From contig CAYJVR010000002.1 of assembly GCA_964373715.1 (NCBI GenBank), positions 182,937 through 246,936 on the forward strand: a DNA stretch of 64,000 nt. Direction: 5' to 3'. The translations under genes were made by a program, and so were the position numbers. This DNA comes from an uncultured Planctomycetia bacterium (GTDB lineage Bacteria; Omnitrophota; Gorgyraeia; 1-14-0-20-64-10). How positions within the stretch are numbered: the first letter of the stretch is position 1; each line of letters starts with the position of its first letter. The notes under the pieces were generated by a model. The model was given only the letters and a program-made list of their open reading frames with translations. It made no database searches and was not told where the DNA came from. Of the stretch, positions 59,982 through 64,000 are shown one piece after another.

Positions 59982-62903
59982 ATGATTGACTGGATTTTGA
60001 AGAAAGTGATCGGTTCCCAGAACGAGCGGATGCTGAAAAGCGTGCGCCCGGTCGTGGAAAAGATCAACTCGTTTGAGCCGCAGATGCAGGCTCTTTCCGA
60101 CCCCCAGCTGAAGGAAAAAGCGCAGGAACTCAAGGCCCGCCTCCATAAAAGGATCGCCGAGATGGGCGGAGAGGTTCTGGCCGAGGAGCCGGTCGAATCG
60201 TCGAACGGGGACGAGCCGCTGAATGAGGACGCCGTCAAAGCCCGCCGGCACAAACGGCTGAAGATCGAGAACCAGGCGATGGAGGAGGTCCTGCCGGAGG
60301 TTTTCGCGCTTGTGCGGGAGACCTCGAAGCGGACGCTCAATATGCGGCACTTTGACGTCCAGATGATCGGAGGTGTTGTGCTGCACCGGGGGATGATCGC
60401 CGAGATGGCGACCGGAGAAGGGAAAACTCTCGTGGCGACCCTGCCGGTGGTGCTGAACGCCTTGATGGGCCGCGGCGTCCATTTGGTGACCGTGAACGAT
60501 TACCTGGCGCGTCGCGACCGGAATTGGATGGGGCCGATCTACGAGACTTTGGGACTGACGGTCGGCGTGATCCAGCACGACATGGATCCGGAAGAGAGGC
60601 GGGTCTCCTACGGTTGCGACATCACCTACGGCACGAACAATGAATACGGTTTCGATTACCTGCGCGACAACATGACGATTGACGCCCGGGAATGCGTGCA
60701 GAGGGACCTTTACTTCGCGATCGTGGACGAGGTGGACTCGATCCTGATCGATGAGTCCAGGACCCCTCTCATCATCTCCGGTCCCGCCGAAGAATCCACC
60801 GAACTGTATTACAAACTGGACAGGATCGTCCCGAGTCTTTCCAAAGGGACCGACTACACGGTGGATGAAAAGGCCCATGCGGTGATTTTGACCGAGGACG
60901 GGGTGAAGAAGGCGGAGTCCCTACTGGGCGTCTCCAACCTCTACGAAGACGTCCACATGGACCTCGTGCACCACATTACCCAGGCGCTGCGCGCCCACGC
61001 GCTGTATCGGCGCGACGTCGAGTACATGATCAAAGACGGGCAGGTGGTGATCGTGGACGAGTTTACCGGGCGGCTCATGCCGGGAAGGAGATGGTCCGAC
61101 GGCCTGCATCAGGCGGTGGAGGCAAAAGAGGGTTTGAAGATCGAGAGAGAAAACCAGACGCTCGCCACAATCACATTCCAGAACTATTTCCGGATGTACG
61201 GCAAGCTGGCCGGCATGACCGGCACCGCCTCCACCGAGGCGGCGGAGTTTTCCGAGATCTACAAGCTGGATGTGGTGACGGTCCCGCCGAACCGGCCGCT
61301 GGCGCGGCTGAACCACGCCGACGTTGTTTTCAAGACCGAGCAGGAAAAGTTCCAGGCGGTTGTCCAGGAAATCACCGGGCTGCATGCGAAGGGCCAGCCG
61401 ATGTTGGTGGGAACCGTTTCGATTGAGAAATCGGAGCGTTTGAGCGCTCTGCTCAAACGGGCGCAGATCCCGCACCATGTTTTAAACGCCCGATACCACG
61501 AACAGGAGGCCCAGATTGTCGCTCAGGCGGGCCGGTTCGGCGGTGTGACGATCGCCACGAATATGGCCGGCCGAGGGACCGACATCCTGTTGGGAGGCAA
61601 CCCGGAGTTCCTGATCGCCGCTGAATTGAACCGGCTGCGGGGGGATGATCCGGAAGCGCCGGAACTTTCGCCGGAGAAGGTGGAAGAAGTTCGCAGGATT
61701 TCCCAGGCACAATCGGCCGAGGAACACGATAAGGTGGTGTCTGTCGGCGGCCTCCACGTGATCGGCACCGAGCGGCATGAGGCGCGCCGGATTGACTTGC
61801 AGCTGCGCGGGCGTTCCGGGCGCCAGGGGGATCCCGGATCGAGCCGTTTTTATATCTCTTTGGAAGATGACCTGATCCGGATTTTCGGCGAAAACAAAAT
61901 GCTCGAGTGGACGAAAGCGCAGCTGCCCGAGGGAGAGGCGATCGAGCACCCCTGGCTGACCAAGGCGATCGAGACCGCGCAGAAGCGGGTGGAGATGCAT
62001 AACTTTGAGATCCGCAAGCAGCTGCTGAAGTACGACAACGTGATGAACCGTCAGAGGGAGGTGATCTACAAGGAACGCCGCGAAATCCTGGAGGGCAGGG
62101 AGATCAAGCCGAAGATCATCGAGATGATCGAGGAGGATGTCGAGAATCTGATCGCGCTGCATGCGCCTGAACACCAGGATCCCCAGGAGTGGGACCTGAA
62201 GGGTTTGTGGGAGGCGATGCAGGCGAAATTCGGAGCCTCCGTGCCGTTGGAGGCGCTGGGTGCTCAGGCCGAGGAGGAGAAGCCCGAGCAAGAGATCAAA
62301 TCTCTTCCGGATGAACTGCACGAAGCGGCGATGAAAGCGTATAGGGATCGCGAAGCCGCATTAGGGAGTCCCGAGCAGTTCGCCCGGATGCAGCGCTGGG
62401 TCACGCTGCGGGTGATCGACATGAAGTGGAAGGACCACCTCTACGCGATGGATCACCTCCGCGAATCGATCGGCTACCGGGCATACGGCCAGCAAGACCC
62501 GCTTGTCGAGTACCAGCATGAAGCGTATGAAATGTTCAAGGGGATGATCCAGACAGTCCGTTCTGAAGTGGTGGATCTGATCTTCCGGATTCAGGTGATG
62601 CGGCCGGAAGAGCAGACTCGGCGGATCATGCGCCCGACGCAGTTCCTTCATCCGGAGGCGACCAGCCCGATTACCGAAGCGCCTGCTTCCTCAGGGCCGC
62701 CGCGCGGCGCGCGGCCGGAAGTGGTCGACGGCCCGCCTGTCCGTCTCCCGTTCAGGGGTCCCCGTCCGGGCATGGGAAGAGGGTCCCCGCAGGCCGCTCC
62801 TCCCCAGCCGGTGAAGCACGACCAGCCGAAAGTCGGCCGAAACGATCCGTGTCCCTGCGGCAGCGGGAAAAAATACAAGAAGTGCCATGGGATTTCTGAG
62901 TAA
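59982..62903 (+). CDS. secA: Preprotein translocase ATPase SecA
   Basis: [54 protein letters not shown] is the canonical SecA N-terminus. DEAD-like motor domains follow. The C-terminal zinc finger is [14 protein letters not shown]. Confidence 0.9.
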   Translation: MIDWILKKVIGSQNERMLKSVRPVVEKINSFEPQMQALSDPQLKEKAQELKARLHKRIAEMGGEVLAEEPVESSNGDEPLNEDAVKARRHKRLKIENQAMEEVLPEVFALVRETSKRTLNMRHFDVQMIGGVVLHRGMIAEMATGEGKTLVATLPVVLNALMGRGVHLVTVNDYLARRDRNWMGPIYETLGLTVGVIQHDMDPEERRVSYGCDITYGTNNEYGFDYLRDNMTIDARECVQRDLYFAIVDEVDSILIDESRTPLIISGPAEESTELYYKLDRIVPSLSKGTDYTVDEKAHAVILTEDGVKKAESLLGVSNLYEDVHMDLVHHITQALRAHALYRRDVEYMIKDGQVVIVDEFTGRLMPGRRWSDGLHQAVEAKEGLKIERENQTLATITFQNYFRMYGKLAGMTGTASTEAAEFSEIYKLDVVTVPPNRPLARLNHADVVFKTEQEKFQAVVQEITGLHAKGQPMLVGTVSIEKSERLSALLKRAQIPHHVLNARYHEQEAQIVAQAGRFGGVTIATNMAGRGTDILLGGNPEFLIAAELNRLRGDDPEAPELSPEKVEEVRRISQAQSAEEHDKVVSVGGLHVIGTERHEARRIDLQLRGRSGRQGDPGSSRFYISLEDDLIRIFGENKMLEWTKAQLPEGEAIEHPWLTKAIETAQKRVEMHNFEIRKQLLKYDNVMNRQREVIYKERREILEGREIKPKIIEMIEEDVENLIALHAPEHQDPQEWDLKGLWEAMQAKFGASVPLEALGAQAEEEKPEQEIKSLPDELHEAAMKAYRDREAALGSPEQFARMQRWVTLRVIDMKWKDHLYAMDHLRESIGYRAYGQQDPLVEYQHEAYEMFKGMIQTVRSEVVDLIFRIQVMRPEEQTRRIMRPTQFLHPEATSPITEAPASSGPPRGARPEVVDGPPVRLPFRGPRPGMGRGSPQAAPPQPVKHDQPKVGRNDPCPCGSGKKYKKCHGISE

Positions 62904-63507
62904 ACCTAAAGGAGATTTAATCTGGCTGATTGGGCCGGCCGCTATCTTCGGCGGGCTTGGCGGCGAGATCAATGCCTGGTTCTGCTACGCCGAGGTTTTC
63001 GGAACCGTGCGGGAGGTCGGGCACTTCAAATGGACGATCCTCTTAGCGGGTATCTGGCATGGGGCGTGGCTGGCGGCGGTTCCCCTGTTCTTCAGTTTTC
63101 TTTTGTGGAGGCGGCCGGCGGCCGTCCGGTGGTTTGTCCTTCCTCTGGTCGGCTGGATTGCCGCATGGATCTCGTTCATATCGATCCATTTCTATCATGT
63201 AAAGGATCCTCTGGCCGCGGTGACCTGGTCGGTTCAGCCCACCGTTGAGGCTATGTGGGTCCCTTTTTGCTATTTTGGTCTGGTCGGCTGCCTCTATTAT
63301 TTTTTCCTGAACATTTGCCGGATCTTGTCATCCGGCGATCTCCGGAAACACCTGGCCGCCGGTATCTGCAGCGGTTTCTTGGGATCTCTCTGGTGGTGGA
63401 GCGGGTGGAAGCCGTGGTACTCGAGCCTACTGCATGGAACGGTGTGGGGAGTCCTTGTCGGCATAAGCGTATGGAGATTCGCGAAAACAAGAGGAGGAGG
63501 ATTATGA
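62887..63507 (+). CDS. Hypothetical polytopic membrane protein
   Basis: Four or five hydrophobic helices, Trp-rich. No family assigned. Confidence 0.4.
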   Translation: MGFLSKPKGDLIWLIGPAAIFGGLGGEINAWFCYAEVFGTVREVGHFKWTILLAGIWHGAWLAAVPLFFSFLLWRRPAAVRWFVLPLVGWIAAWISFISIHFYHVKDPLAAVTWSVQPTVEAMWVPFCYFGLVGCLYYFFLNICRILSSGDLRKHLAAGICSGFLGSLWWWSGWKPWYSSLLHGTVWGVLVGISVWRFAKTRGGGL

Positions 63508-63860
63508 ACCGGTTTAAAAGGATCTCTTCGGGGTTGTTTGTCGCGGTGTTGTTGATGGGCACGGCTGCCCCTTTGCATGCTGAGCAGGAGCTGGAGCAGG
63601 GCGGGGCCGGTTCATCCCAGGCTGGGGCGGGGCCTCAGTTTGCCGATGACCAAAAGCATATGGAGGAGATGGTGGCTCTTATGATGGGCCGAATGATGGA
63701 AGGGATGGCCAAGTCCATGGCGAAAAAGGAGTTTTCCGAGAACTTGGCGGTTTTCACCAAGAACTACTACGATGCGCTGCTGAAAAAAGGGTTCACCGAG
63801 GAACAGGCGATGCAGATCGTTACCTCGGTCGGTATCCCGGCGATGTCCCAGAAGCGCTGA
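63504..63860 (+). CDS. Small secreted protein (about 118 aa)
   Basis: GAGGAGGAGG RBS. Signal peptide [26 protein letters not shown]|EQ. The mature part is Met-rich. Confidence 0.4.
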   Translation: MNRFKRISSGLFVAVLLMGTAAPLHAEQELEQGGAGSSQAGAGPQFADDQKHMEEMVALMMGRMMEGMAKSMAKKEFSENLAVFTKNYYDALLKKGFTEEQAMQIVTSVGIPAMSQKR

Positions 63861-64000
63861 TCCGAGTTTGAACTCAGAAAATGCCGCAGGATAAGCCGCC
63901 TGTCGTCCCCGATATCCCGGGACGATGGGCGGCTCTTTCTTCCTTCTTCCTCGTCTTAAGCTTCCCTTTGTTTGATGTCGGATGGCTTGCCTGGATCGCG

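Noticed and set aside
58019-60340. 773-aa minus-strand ORF spanning the end of the giant ORF, prfB and the secA start
   Set aside because: It overlaps three strongly conserved plus-strand genes (RF2 with its GGQ motif, the SecA N-terminus). The minus-strand translation has no domain signature.

Overview
This is a high-GC (about 60%) bacterial chromosomal segment from a Gram-negative organism, with a secretin, an LptE-like lipoprotein and a BamD-like protein. The autotransporter-associated beta-strand repeats, giant ORFs, ECF sigma pairs and several c-di-GMP PilZ receptors suggest an uncultivated PVC-like or Omnitrophota-like lineage, but that is only an inference. The window contains the following, in order: (1) The 5' part of a B12-type ribonucleotide reductase gene on the minus strand, running off the left edge. 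(2) A complete type IVa pilus locus. It runs from two CheY-like receivers and a ParA-like ATPase through pilM, pilN, a pilO/P fusion, pilQ, pilC and four prepilin-type genes to an ECF sigma/anti-sigma pair, a 1513-aa beta-strand-repeat/LamG surface protein, pilB, and a convergent PilZ-PilT fusion. (3) A second ECF sigma/anti-sigma pair followed by a sigmaE-like promoter and two large secreted proteins. (4) Housekeeping genes: panE, a PAP2-like protein, a LysM L,D-transpeptidase, accA, cobO, leuS, comEA/comEC, lptE, holA, rpsT, murJ, uvrC, an Ogt-like protein, prfB with its programmed +1 frameshift, and secA. (5) A roughly 1.2-kb low-GC islet carrying an XRE-HTH plus AbiEii-like nucleotidyltransferase pair (toxin-antitoxin or abortive-infection-like), beside tRNA-Leu(CAA), tRNA-Ala(GGC) and a 21-bp duplicate of the tRNA-Ala 3' end. 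(6) Two giant multi-domain ORFs of 2587 aa and 1566 aa that appear to form an undescribed family. They share a homologous N-terminal leader and recurrent [S/A]GLEE motifs just upstream of the recognisable domains. The first fuses a calcineurin-like phosphoesterase to a CCA/poly(A)-polymerase-type nucleotidyltransferase head. The second fuses four Xre-type HTH modules to a SAM methyltransferase, a ROK-like sugar-kinase fold and an anti-sigma-type GHKL kinase.
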